Origin: Acidobacteriota bacterium
GTDB taxonomy: Bacteria > Acidobacteriota > Vicinamibacteria > Fen-336 > JAGNNV01
Direction: 5' to 3'
Assembly (NCBI GenBank): GCA_032127745.1
Contig: JAQBHL010000225.1
Coordinates: 655 to 64,654 of the forward strand
Length of the DNA: 64,000 nt
This document shows, piece by piece, positions 1-9,255 of this stretch (position 1 is the first letter of the stretch; every line of letters starts with the position of its first letter). The notes beneath the pieces are model-generated. The model was not told the origin of the DNA and did not search any database. It saw only the letters and a list, made by a program, of their open reading frames with translations. The position numbers and the translations under genes are program-made.

Positions 1-131
1 ATCCCTCCGTCCCCCTCCTGGGGCTCCCCCCGATGAGGGAGCGAAAGCCCGCACCGCAAGGGATCGCGGCGACCAGAGCCACAGCGAGGCGGGCTCAAGC
101 GCACGCCATCTCAGGCCGGAATCAAAACTGG

Positions 132-2252
132 CTACTTCAGCTTCTTGATGATCTCGCCGACCACGTTATGGAGATCGTTCTCCATCATTTCCAGCTCCAA
201 GTCAGCAGCAGTTGGCTGAAGGTTCGGAGACTTCTGCACATTGAAGTAACGGCGCAGAGCGGGCAACGCCTTGTGTGCGGCTGGGCCCATGCGGCGGAGC
301 GAATTCGCCGCAGCCTGCTGAACCACGATGGTGGTGTCGGTCTCGAGCGCGTAGCCGAGAATCTCAGCGGCATCAGCGCCGGCGGCAGCCAGAGCGTTCG
401 CCGCGTCGACGCGCTGCTGAATGGAGCCCTTCTGGAGCTGACGCGACAGCCGGCCGATGTCGATGGCGTCGTTGGCGGCCTCGGCCGCTTCCTTCTGGGC
501 CTGGTAGGCCGCTTCCGCTGCTTTCCCTTCGGCCACCGCCTTCTCGTACCGCGCTACCGCCTCGGCAAGGCGCGGATCGGGACGGTCGGCCGCCTCGGCC
601 GAAGCCAGCGCTGCCTTGGTCTTGGCGAAGTTGGGACTGTTCTTGTCCCCGTTCACGGCAATGAAGTACTGACTCCAGCCGATGCCGGACCGGGTCTCGG
701 GAATCAGGTTCTTGTCCATCGAGACGGCCTTCTCGAAATCGGCGATGGCATCGGGGTAGTCCTGGGCGTAATAGTGGGCCCAGGCCATGCCGTAGTACAG
801 GCCTGCGTTCGTGGGCTCGAGTTCGATGGCCTTGTCGTAGGCCGCGATGGCCTCGGCCGCCTTGGGCGGTTTCATGCGGGAGAGCACCCACCCGTAGTTC
901 GCAAAGCCTGCAGCACTCTTGTACCCGGGCGAGGTGGTCAGAGCGGCCAGAACCTGGCCGCCCTTGTCCGGCTCGCCGCTCATGCCCAGGAGCAGGCCGT
1001 AGTTCGACTTGATCTCGTTGTTGGTGGGATTGAGCGCCACCGCCTTGGCGTAGGCGTCCTTCGCGTCCTCGAACGAACGGGTCATGTGATAAGAGTGAGC
1101 GAGCATGGCGAAGGCATCGCCGTTGTTGGGCATGGCCGCGGTGGCCTTCTCCAGGTGTGGAATGGCTTCCTTGTACATGCCTTTGCGGGCCAGCAACTCG
1201 CCGTCCATCTTGTGCGCGGCCACGCTCTCGGGATTCGCCTTGACCAGCGCTTCCGCGTCACCGAGCGCGCCATCGAGGTCGCCCCGCCGGAACTTCGTCA
1301 TAATGAGCGCGGTTCGGGCGGAGGTGTATCCGGGGTCGATCGTGAGGGCGTTCTGGTAAGCCGCCTGGGCCTGATCGAGATTGCCGCGAACTTCGAAAAG
1401 AGTCGCGACCACCACCTGGACCTGGGGGTCGTTTGGAGCGAGGAAGGCGCCCTGCTGAGCCTGGGCGATCGCGTCGGTCCAGGAAGCATCGCCCCCGCTG
1501 AAACCCTTCTCCGCCGAGATCGCGTAGCCGAGGGCGGCAAACGCGGCGCCGGAGTTCTTGTCCATTTCCGTCGCCTTCAGGGCCACCGCCTTCGCTTCGG
1601 TCACCTTGTTCGAGGCGACGAGGGCGTAGGTAAGGCCCACCTGGGCGGCGGTGTCCTTCGGATCGAGCTGCACCGCCTTTCGATACGAGGCCACCGCCTC
1701 TTCGATCTGACCCGAAGCGGTAAGGGCATCGCCCTTGCCATTGTGCGCGACGGCGCTGGTGGCGCCCGCGGCGAGGGCCGCATCCGCGGCGGTGTGCGCC
1801 GACTTGGCGTCGCCCACCCGAGCGTAAGCCGAGGCAAGGGTTCCAAGCGACTGCGCATTCTTGTCGGCGGCCACCGCCTTGGTGGCGAGAGCGAGAGCTG
1901 CCTGGCCGGTTCCAGTCTTCAAGGCCATGCGGGCGGAGGCGGCGAGGGCCTCGGCCTGGAGGGCGGCCGGACCCGACGCGCTCACCGCGACGGCTTGGTT
2001 GAGAGCCTCCGCGGACTCGGCGGCATTGCCGTTCATCTCCTGGAGACGGGCCAGGGCCAGATACGCCTCCACCGAGGGCGTATTGCCCACAAGCTTGACC
2101 AGCGACTTGATGGCATCGTCTGTCTTGCCCTTGGCGAACTGTTCCTGGGCTTTGGCGATCGTCTGATCCGTCTTGACATCCGCCTGCGCCACTGCGGCCA
2201 CGAGAGAGCCGGCGGCGAGCAGGACGACAAGAGTGAGTGATTTCTGCTTCAT
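132..2252 (-). CDS. Secreted tetratricopeptide (TPR) repeat protein
   Basis: ORF 132..2351. The internal Met MKQKSLTLVVLLAAGSLVAAVAQA is a classic signal peptide and is preceded by a GAGGG Shine-Dalgarno-like sequence, so the start is placed at 2252. The rest of the protein is a long array of degenerate 34-aa A/L/Y/G-rich TPR-like repeats. Confidence 0.8.
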   Translation of the reverse strand: MKQKSLTLVVLLAAGSLVAAVAQADVKTDQTIAKAQEQFAKGKTDDAIKSLVKLVGNTPSVEAYLALARLQEMNGNAAESAEALNQAVAVSASGPAALQAEALAASARMALKTGTGQAALALATKAVAADKNAQSLGTLASAYARVGDAKSAHTAADAALAAGATSAVAHNGKGDALTASGQIEEAVASYRKAVQLDPKDTAAQVGLTYALVASNKVTEAKAVALKATEMDKNSGAAFAALGYAISAEKGFSGGDASWTDAIAQAQQGAFLAPNDPQVQVVVATLFEVRGNLDQAQAAYQNALTIDPGYTSARTALIMTKFRRGDLDGALGDAEALVKANPESVAAHKMDGELLARKGMYKEAIPHLEKATAAMPNNGDAFAMLAHSYHMTRSFEDAKDAYAKAVALNPTNNEIKSNYGLLLGMSGEPDKGGQVLAALTTSPGYKSAAGFANYGWVLSRMKPPKAAEAIAAYDKAIELEPTNAGLYYGMAWAHYYAQDYPDAIADFEKAVSMDKNLIPETRSGIGWSQYFIAVNGDKNSPNFAKTKAALASAEAADRPDPRLAEAVARYEKAVAEGKAAEAAYQAQKEAAEAANDAIDIGRLSRQLQKGSIQQRVDAANALAAAGADAAEILGYALETDTTIVVQQAAANSLRRMGPAAHKALPALRRYFNVQKSPNLQPTAADLELEMMENDLHNVVGEIIKKLK

Positions 2253-2460
2253 TTTACGTAAACCCTCGTTAAGAACTTTTCCAAAGCGTGTGAGTGTACA
2301 AGACAACACAAGCCAAGTCACAAGAGCGTGTCTGAAGATCCACGCTCTCAAGCCCCGATCTGGTGAGCAGAATCTCTGGCCCGGCTCTCAATTCCGCCCG
2401 GAATTTCAACGGTTTCAATTCATGAGACGCACGACGAGGCCAAAAATCGGTGACTTGGAT

Positions 2461-2480
2461 CACGAAAATGAAATTTCGTG
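2461..2480. promoter_or_regulatory. Perfect 7-bp inverted repeat CACGAAA-n6-TTTCGTG in a divergent promoter region; candidate operator
   Basis: cacgaaaatgaaatttcgtg read directly in the sequence. It lies in the ~490-bp AT-richer gap between the TPR gene and the glycan operon. No regulator is assigned. Confidence 0.2.
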
Positions 2481-2739
2481 AGAATCGTTACAACCATGGC
2501 ACGCCGGTTGCTCGTCTAATGGGGCAGAAGACGCAACTACCCTCCAATAACCCTCCAAACCAAACTCTGCTCCCGTAAAGTCGGGAACCTCCTCCAAGAG
2601 GAACGCTTCGGGAGGGGACGCAGCAAGTGCTGCGCCCCCCTCCCAAAAGCAATTTTTGGCCCCGGGCCAGGCATTTTCGCCCCCGCCCAGCCCCCGTCGG
2701 CCGGTTTCGGCTACTCTCCCCTGCCAGCGCCAACCAGCC

Positions 2740-3807
2740 ATGACCAGCCTTGAGATCGTCCGCCGCCGCCCCGAACACGACCCCGAACTGTTCGCCCTTT
2801 ATGCCGAGGTCTTCGGCGACGGGAACCTGGAGCGGAGTCGAAGGCGGTACGACTGGCAGTATTTCGAGAACCCGAACACGCCAGAGGACGGTCCGGTGAT
2901 CTGGATGGCCCGGGAAGGGGACACTCTTCTGGGTCAGATGGCCACTATGCCTTTTCCGATGTGGTGGGGCGATCGGGAGTTCCGGGCTTCGGCCGGCAAC
3001 GACTACTTCGTGCGGAAGAGCGCTCAGGGCCGCGGGATCGGGATCGCTCTCTCCAACCGGTGGGCGGACGAAGTGGATGTGGCTCTGGCTCTGGGCCTCA
3101 CTCCTTCCTCGTATCCCCTTTTTAGAAAGCTATTTACGGATGTCGGGCCCGTGCCCTCTTTCGTGAAGATTCTCGATCCGGTCGCGGTCGCGCGGAAGAA
3201 GTGGGGCCGGGCCGCTGGAACACTGGCCGGCCCTTTCCTGGGAATAGGCCTGGCTCTCTTTTCGCGGGGTCCAGCGACGCCCCTGGAAGCAGACGTGCGG
3301 CTGGTCGAAAGCTTCAGCGACGAGTATGACGACCTCTGGCTCCGGACTCGCTCGTCTTTCGGCGCCAGCGTCCGCCGCGACGCCCGGTACCTGCGCTGGA
3401 AGTACCTGGCCTGCCCGTTCCGCGATTATCGGGTCCTGGAGGCTCGCCAGGCGGGCCGGCTTTCGGGTTACGCCGTGATTCGGGAAGAAGGGGAGGCAGG
3501 TTTCCGGCGCGGGGTCATCGCCGACCTTTTTTGCGACACCACGGATGTGGCCACCCAGGACGCACTTCTTGCCGCCTCCATCGCAGAATTTTCCGGCCGG
3601 GGACTGGTCCGAGTCGAGGTCTACTGCCTCAATTCCCGTCTAGGGATGGGCCTTCGGCGCCACGGCTTTCGTTCTGGGACCACCGCGGTTCAGTACTGCG
3701 TCGCCTGCCGTGGGACCCCTGACGGTACCGGAGGCCCCAGGTCGGTGCTGGACGATGTCGCCAATTGGAATCTCTTCATCGGCGATGGAGACCTGGATCG
3801 CGCATGA
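2740..3807 (+). CDS. GNAT-family acyltransferase (FemAB-like size, ~355 aa)
   Basis: The acetyl-CoA motif A-like segment RKSAQGRGIGIAL is present. An ATG at 2740 (MTSLEIV) is preferred over the TTG at 2656. The gene is the first of the co-directional glycan operon. Confidence 0.6.
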   Translation: MTSLEIVRRRPEHDPELFALYAEVFGDGNLERSRRRYDWQYFENPNTPEDGPVIWMAREGDTLLGQMATMPFPMWWGDREFRASAGNDYFVRKSAQGRGIGIALSNRWADEVDVALALGLTPSSYPLFRKLFTDVGPVPSFVKILDPVAVARKKWGRAAGTLAGPFLGIGLALFSRGPATPLEADVRLVESFSDEYDDLWLRTRSSFGASVRRDARYLRWKYLACPFRDYRVLEARQAGRLSGYAVIREEGEAGFRRGVIADLFCDTTDVATQDALLAASIAEFSGRGLVRVEVYCLNSRLGMGLRRHGFRSGTTAVQYCVACRGTPDGTGGPRSVLDDVANWNLFIGDGDLDRA

Positions 3808-4784
3808 GTGAAAAGCCTCTCTTCATGGTCGGGGTCGATACGGAGGCCGACGATCAATGGTCCCTTGAGGGCCGAAAGCGGCTCTCGGTCGAAAACGCCC
3901 GTGCGCTGCCCCGTCTGCAGGCCCTGTGCAACGTGTACGGCGTTCGTCCGTCGTATCTCGTCACCCACGAAATGGCCACCCGGGAACCTGCCCGGTCGAT
4001 CCTCCGCGATTTATCGGACTCTGGGCGTTGTGAGATCGGTGCTCACCTGCACCCCTGGAGTTCACCTCCGTATCGCGAGGAAGATCTGGTCGGCCGATAT
4101 CCGAGCCAGTTGGGCGACGCTCTGCTGGAGACCCAGTTGAGCGAACTCACCGAGGCCATACACTCGTCGGTCGGGGTACGGCCGCGGAGTTATCGCGCGG
4201 GCCGCCACGGCTTCGATGGCCGCTCGCTGCGGATTCTGGAGACCCTCGGCTATCGGGTGGACACGAGCGTGGATCCGCTTTTCAACGAAACGCGCAAAGG
4301 GGGGCCGTCCTTCGCGGGGGCTCCGGTGGCGCCTTACTGGCCGAGCCCCGACGATGTGCGAACCGCGGGCGCATCCACGGTTCTCGAAATCCCCGTCTCC
4401 TCGGCGACCACACCCGCCCTGCCCAAGGCCCTGGAGCGGCAATTCGCGTCACTTCCCGCCATTCCCTGGCGGGGGTACCTGAAACGGCTGGGTCTGCGGG
4501 CGGTGTGGCTGCGACCCTCCTATTCGAGCGTGGAGGACGCCAAGACGCTGGCCAGCGCTCTGGTTTCGAGGGGCGTGCCCACTCTGAACATGCTCTTTCA
4601 TTCGAGCGAACTGGCTCCGGGCGGGTCTCCGTACAACCAGAAAGCCGCGGACGTGGATCGCTTCTTCGAAAGACTGGAGGCCGTCTTCGAACACATCATG
4701 AAGCGGATCGGCGCCCGAGGCGTTACCTACATCGAGGGAGCGGATGCGCTTCGGATGAAGCGCCCGGCGACCGCCCAGGGATGA
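3804..4784 (+). CDS. Polysaccharide deacetylase family protein
   Basis: ATGA overlap with the upstream stop. The sequence resembles the NodB/WalW-like polysaccharide deacetylase family (MVGVDTEAD..., ...GAHLHPW..., ...MLFHSSEL). Confidence 0.6.
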   Translation: MSEKPLFMVGVDTEADDQWSLEGRKRLSVENARALPRLQALCNVYGVRPSYLVTHEMATREPARSILRDLSDSGRCEIGAHLHPWSSPPYREEDLVGRYPSQLGDALLETQLSELTEAIHSSVGVRPRSYRAGRHGFDGRSLRILETLGYRVDTSVDPLFNETRKGGPSFAGAPVAPYWPSPDDVRTAGASTVLEIPVSSATTPALPKALERQFASLPAIPWRGYLKRLGLRAVWLRPSYSSVEDAKTLASALVSRGVPTLNMLFHSSELAPGGSPYNQKAADVDRFFERLEAVFEHIMKRIGARGVTYIEGADALRMKRPATAQG

Positions 4785-4797
4785 GATCGATCGCGTC

Positions 4798-5904
4798 TTG
4801 AAGATCCTCATGGTCACGCCGCACCTGCCCCCCTATCAGGCAGCGAATGCGCTATTGCCCCACGTGCTGGGAGTGGAGTTCGAGAAACGAAGCCATGAGG
4901 TCTCGTTTCTCACCTTCAAGACCGGGGATCCTGAGCGAGCGCGCACCGCCTACGTCACGCGGCGAACCCGCTTCCGGGTCACCCGCGTCCCCCAACTTCT
5001 GGAGGCCATGGAGACCCGCCTCAAAGCCCGGCCTCTTCTCGAAGCGGCAGACCTCATCCATGTGCATTCCAACACCTGGATGAACCAGGTGGCGGCGCGG
5101 GCGGCGGTCCGCCTCGGGAAGCCTTACATCCTCACCCACTACGGCACCGAGATATGGCACCACGACGGCCGGAACCGCGCCTTTCGGGAGCTGAACATGC
5201 ATGCTCGGCACACCACGTTCTACAGCGCCGGTCTTCTGGCCCGGGCGCGCGAACTGGAGGTGCCGATCCGCGAGGCCTCGGTGGTCTATCCCGCGGTGGA
5301 CCTCCTCTTCTCGCCCCTCGCCACCGCGGAACGGAACGCTGTGCGCGCGCCTTTGCTCGGCTCCGGCGAGTCACTGCTATTCAACGTCAAGCGCCTTCAT
5401 CCCCTCGCCGATCACGCGACCCTCCTGCGCGCTTTCGCCCTCCTGGACCCCTCGCGGGCCCGGCTAAGGCTGGTCATCGCGGGCTCCGGGGACGAGCGCG
5501 AGTCCCTGGAATCGCTGGTCCGGGAACTGGGGGTTGCGGGTCGGGTGCGATTCCTGGGCCTCGTGCCCAATGGTGAGGTGGCGAAACTCCACGCCGCCGC
5601 GGATCTATTCGTCCTCTCCTCGCGGCTCGAGGCCACCCCCACCGTGGTTCTGGAGGCCCTGGCCTGCGGAACGCGCGTGGTCTCGACCGACAATCCGGGC
5701 GGGCTCGAACTGGGCGAAATGTTCCCCGACGATCTCCGGATCGTCCCCCGGGAGAATCCCCAGGCCCTGGCCGATGGCATTGCCGCCGCATTGCGGGAAA
5801 ATAGGCGGATCAGCGAAAGAACTTCCCGGGTCATAGACGAACGTTTCTCGCTTCGCGGGCTCGTCGATCGCTATGGCGAGATCTACCAGAGCGCCCTGCG
5901 ATGA
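4798..5904 (+). CDS. Glycosyltransferase family 4 (GT-B, retaining)
   Basis: The C-terminal GT4 signature EATPTVVLEALACGTRVVSTDNPGG is present. The TTG start is from the ORF track; an ATG at 4810 is an alternative. Confidence 0.8.
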   Translation: MKILMVTPHLPPYQAANALLPHVLGVEFEKRSHEVSFLTFKTGDPERARTAYVTRRTRFRVTRVPQLLEAMETRLKARPLLEAADLIHVHSNTWMNQVAARAAVRLGKPYILTHYGTEIWHHDGRNRAFRELNMHARHTTFYSAGLLARARELEVPIREASVVYPAVDLLFSPLATAERNAVRAPLLGSGESLLFNVKRLHPLADHATLLRAFALLDPSRARLRLVIAGSGDERESLESLVRELGVAGRVRFLGLVPNGEVAKLHAAADLFVLSSRLEATPTVVLEALACGTRVVSTDNPGGLELGEMFPDDLRIVPRENPQALADGIAAALRENRRISERTSRVIDERFSLRGLVDRYGEIYQSALR

Positions 5905-6740
5905 GAGCGATCGACAACCACGCCATCCGGGCCGCGGGGGAGATCCGCTTCCGCAGCGAATACGATTACGCCCTTTTCGAATACCTCCGCAGTGCCAAGG
6001 TGATCCTCGCGGTCGAGCGTTCGGGGGTGAAGCTGCGGGGCCGGGTCCTTGACGCGGGCTGTGGAAGCGGCGGAACTGCGCTGTCCATTGCCGAGGAGGT
6101 GTCCTTCGCGGTGGGTCTGGACCTCTCGCCAAGGTTTTCGGACTCCGGCACCCGGCTGGCCCGCGAAAAAGGCATTCGGAACGTGGCCTTCACCCAGGGC
6201 GATGGTTTGAAGCTTCCCTACGCCAATGAGTCCTTCGACGTGGTTCTGTCTCATTCCGTGATCGAACACCTGCCCTCGGCCGAGACCTACATCGCCGAGT
6301 GCGCCCGGGTGTTGAAGCGGGGCGGCCGGTTCTACCTCTCCACCGCGCCGACCCTCTCTCTGGCCGGCGCGCACCTGCCCCGGCTTCGCCTTCCCGTTCC
6401 CATCCATCTGTTTCTCGGCCGGAAGCGGGCCTTTCGCGTCTTTGTCTTCCTGGCCGCCCGGGCTCCCTGGACGCTCAAAGAGCGCTCGAGCGCCAACACC
6501 TTCGTGAAGCTGGCCGAATCGGGACGAGAGAAGGAAGACGATCTGCTGACCCCGGTGACGCTCCGCGGCATGTCCTCCTGGATCGCACAATCGCCTTTCA
6601 AGCTGATCGCCGAACAGCGCACCGTGACTGGCTTCTTCAAGCGGGTGATCCCGGGATTCCTGCGCGGCTTCTTTCTGGCCATTCCGGGGGTGGGGGATGT
6701 GATGGTGTCCCAGATCGAATGCGTCCTGGAGAGACCGTGA
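5901..6740 (+). CDS. Class I SAM-dependent methyltransferase
   Basis: Motif I VLDAGCGSGGTAL and ...FDVVLSHSVIEHL are present. ATGA overlap with the upstream GT4. Confidence 0.8.
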   Translation: MRAIDNHAIRAAGEIRFRSEYDYALFEYLRSAKVILAVERSGVKLRGRVLDAGCGSGGTALSIAEEVSFAVGLDLSPRFSDSGTRLAREKGIRNVAFTQGDGLKLPYANESFDVVLSHSVIEHLPSAETYIAECARVLKRGGRFYLSTAPTLSLAGAHLPRLRLPVPIHLFLGRKRAFRVFVFLAARAPWTLKERSSANTFVKLAESGREKEDDLLTPVTLRGMSSWIAQSPFKLIAEQRTVTGFFKRVIPGFLRGFFLAIPGVGDVMVSQIECVLERP

Positions 6741-7924
6741 CCCCTCATCCCGCCATCGTTCTGTTCGCGGACATCCGCTTTCCTTCGCCGCGTGCGAACG
6801 GCATCCAGGTGGTGAAGACGGCTCACGCCCTGGCCGCGCGAGGCCTCGAGATCCGGCTCGTGGTCCGACACTCCGACCCGCGGCCCACCGCAGACATTCT
6901 CGCCGGTTTCGGGGTCGATCCCCCTCCCCGCCTGGTCGTGGACCGGCTGAAGGTCGGGCACGCTCCGAACGCGACCCTGGTTCCACGCCTGCGATATCTG
7001 GCCCGGGCTTTTCCGCTGGCCCGGCGAGCCTCGCGCCAGGGCGCTTTCGTTCTGACCCGCGATCTTCAGCTTGCGGATCTTCTGCTTCGCATCGGCTGCG
7101 ACCGTCTCACCTACGAAGCCCACGCGGTCGAGGCCATCATGTACGACGAACGCCAGCAGCTCTACCATCTCGCGGCGGGGCCGAACGCATCCAAGCGGCG
7201 CCGGATCGAAGGCCGGGAGCGTCGGGTATGGATGGGCGCGCGGGGCTTCATGGCCACCACGGCGGGCATTCTCGCCACCTTCGAACGCCTCTTTGGCCCC
7301 CGCCCTCGCACCGCGGTGGTCCCTAACGGTTGCGACATCCTCGCCGATCGAACCTTCACCCCTCCATCCGAGGAACAACGCGTGGTCTACGCGGGCCAGC
7401 TCTATCCCTGGAAAGGTGTCGACGTTCTGGTTCAGGCCTTCTCCCGGCTGACCCGCGGCGAGCTGGTGATCGTGGGCGGTCTGGCCGGCGAGAGCGACTT
7501 CGATCGCATCCAGAGCCTGGCCCGGAGCCTGAACCTGGGTGATCGAATACAGTTCAAGGGCTCGCTGCCCCAGAAGGATGTGGCCGCGGAGCTCGCCCGG
7601 GCCACGGTTGCGGTGGCGCCTTTCCTGAAGAGCGCCATGACCTCCGACCACACCTCGCCCATCAAGGCTTTCGAGGCCATGGCCGCGGGACGGCCCCTGC
7701 TCATCTCCGACACCGGCGCTTCGCGCGAGATCGTGGAGGACAGCCGCACCGGGCTTCTGGTTCCTCCCGGGAATATCGAAGCCTGGGCGGCGGCGCTTGA
7801 GAGGATCCTGTCCGATCGCACGCTTCAGATGAACCTCGGCCGAGCGGCCTTTGAAAAGGCAACCGAGTACTCCTGGGCCCGACGGGCCGAGCGAATCGAA
7901 CAATTCATCGGAGCGGCCGCTTGA
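6719..7924 (+). CDS. Glycosyltransferase family 4
   Basis: The GT4 C-terminal domain (FEAMAAGRPLLISDTGASREIVED) is present. The start is either the ATG at 6719 or a GTG at 6737 that overlaps the upstream stop as GTGA. The long in-frame 5' extension from 6299 is rejected. Confidence 0.75.
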   Translation: MRPGETVTPHPAIVLFADIRFPSPRANGIQVVKTAHALAARGLEIRLVVRHSDPRPTADILAGFGVDPPPRLVVDRLKVGHAPNATLVPRLRYLARAFPLARRASRQGAFVLTRDLQLADLLLRIGCDRLTYEAHAVEAIMYDERQQLYHLAAGPNASKRRRIEGRERRVWMGARGFMATTAGILATFERLFGPRPRTAVVPNGCDILADRTFTPPSEEQRVVYAGQLYPWKGVDVLVQAFSRLTRGELVIVGGLAGESDFDRIQSLARSLNLGDRIQFKGSLPQKDVAAELARATVAVAPFLKSAMTSDHTSPIKAFEAMAAGRPLLISDTGASREIVEDSRTGLLVPPGNIEAWAAALERILSDRTLQMNLGRAAFEKATEYSWARRAERIEQFIGAAA

Positions 7925-9255
7925 ATCGGGGAACCACTTTCGCGTTCCTGGTCGCGAGCGTCCTGACCCTGGCCCTCGTCTCCACGAAGATCCGGGGAGC
8001 GGACGAGATCGAATATTTCTCGCACCTGCGTTCCGTGGTCTTCGATCACGATCTCGACTTCACCAACGAGTACGAACATTTCTATCGAGCGGACCCCGGG
8101 GGTCTTCAGGCCTTCAAGGAGACGTTCCTGGATCGGCGAGAGCCGCGGACGAACCGGCCCATCAATTTCGCGCCCATCGGTTCGGCCCTGATCTGGGCGC
8201 CGTTTTATCTCGCCGCTCACGCTCTGGTCACCAACGGGGTTCTGCGCGGTCCCGCGGATGGTTTCTCCACCGCCTACACCGGTGCGGTGGCCTATGGTTC
8301 GGCGCTCCTCGCCATTCTTGGTTTCCTGCTCGCGTTCCGAACCCTCAAACGCCACCTTGGAGTCACCGAGGGACTGGCCCTTTTCTCTGTGCTGGCGGTC
8401 TGGTTTGGAACCCCCGCCTTCTACTACATGACCGTGGCCCCGGCCTTCGCCCACGCGCCCTCGATCTTCGCGGTGTCGCTGCTGTTTTTCTTGTGGCTGC
8501 GAGCCCGGGAAAAGGACAGGGTGTTCGATTGGGTTCTCATGGGTCTGGCCGCCGGCCTGGCCATGCTGATCCGCGAACAGGGAGGCTTGTTCCTGATCGC
8601 GCCGGGACTCGATCTGGGATTTCGCCTGATCCAGGGCGACGTCAACCGCGCGCTCAAACGCGGAGCCTCCGTCCTGGGCGCGGCCGGCCTCGCTTTCCTG
8701 CCCCAGTTGCTGGCCTACCACTCCCTCAACGGGACGTACGGACCCACTCAACTGGTTCAGAGGAAGATGGACTTCGGCTCGCCCCACTTCCTCGACGTGC
8801 TCGTGAACCCCGGCCACGGCCTGCTCCTCTGGACGCCTCTGTTGATCGTGGCCTTCTTCGGCCTGGGACGGGCCCTCTTCCGGCTCGGGGCGCTCGGCGT
8901 ATTCTCGAACGCGGCGCTTCTCGCTCAGATCTATATCAACGGCTCGGTCCTTTCCTGGCATCAGGCCGGGGCGTTTGGCTCGAGACGCTTCGTGGACTCC
9001 AGCGTGCTCTTTGTCATGGGCTTCGCTTTTGGTCTGATGGCCTTCACTCCCCGAGTCCAAAAACTGGTGGTCGTTCTCGCAATCTGGTGGAATATCTCTC
9101 TCATGATGCAGTTTGGTTTGAAACTCATGGATCGTCAGCAACTCGACTGGCCGGGGGTGGCTATCCGGCAGGTGAGCGCGGTGCCTCAGCGCATCCTGAA
9201 CACCGCGAAGCTCTACTTCACCGATCCCGAAGCGCTGGTTAAGAGCACTCGATGA
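7921..9255 (+). CDS. Polytopic membrane protein, GT-C fold (ArnT/PMT-like) glycosyltransferase candidate
   Basis: TTGA overlap start. There are at least 10 hydrophobic helices. The first extracytoplasmic loop carries ADEIEYFSHLRSV, which resembles the DE-x-x-Y motif of ArnT/PMT-type GT-C enzymes. Confidence 0.5.
   Translation: MNRGTTFAFLVASVLTLALVSTKIRGADEIEYFSHLRSVVFDHDLDFTNEYEHFYRADPGGLQAFKETFLDRREPRTNRPINFAPIGSALIWAPFYLAAHALVTNGVLRGPADGFSTAYTGAVAYGSALLAILGFLLAFRTLKRHLGVTEGLALFSVLAVWFGTPAFYYMTVAPAFAHAPSIFAVSLLFFLWLRAREKDRVFDWVLMGLAAGLAMLIREQGGLFLIAPGLDLGFRLIQGDVNRALKRGASVLGAAGLAFLPQLLAYHSLNGTYGPTQLVQRKMDFGSPHFLDVLVNPGHGLLLWTPLLIVAFFGLGRALFRLGALGVFSNAALLAQIYINGSVLSWHQAGAFGSRRFVDSSVLFVMGFAFGLMAFTPRVQKLVVVLAIWWNISLMMQFGLKLMDRQQLDWPGVAIRQVSAVPQRILNTAKLYFTDPEALVKSTR

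Noticed and set aside
33-2240. 735-aa ORF on the + strand
   Set aside because: It is antisense to the TPR gene, extremely Arg/Gly/Leu-rich and has no motifs. It is a typical high-GC shadow ORF.
6332-7903. 523-aa ORF on the - strand
   Set aside because: It is antisense to the GT4 gene, which has clear family signatures. Its composition is Arg/Gly/Pro-biased.
7825-9242. Two >430-aa ORFs (7825..9141 on -, 7851..9242 on +) overlapping the GT-C membrane protein gene
   Set aside because: They are Arg/Pro/Gly-rich alternate-frame products. The hydrophobic multi-helix reading frame at 7921..9255 is the only biologically coherent one.
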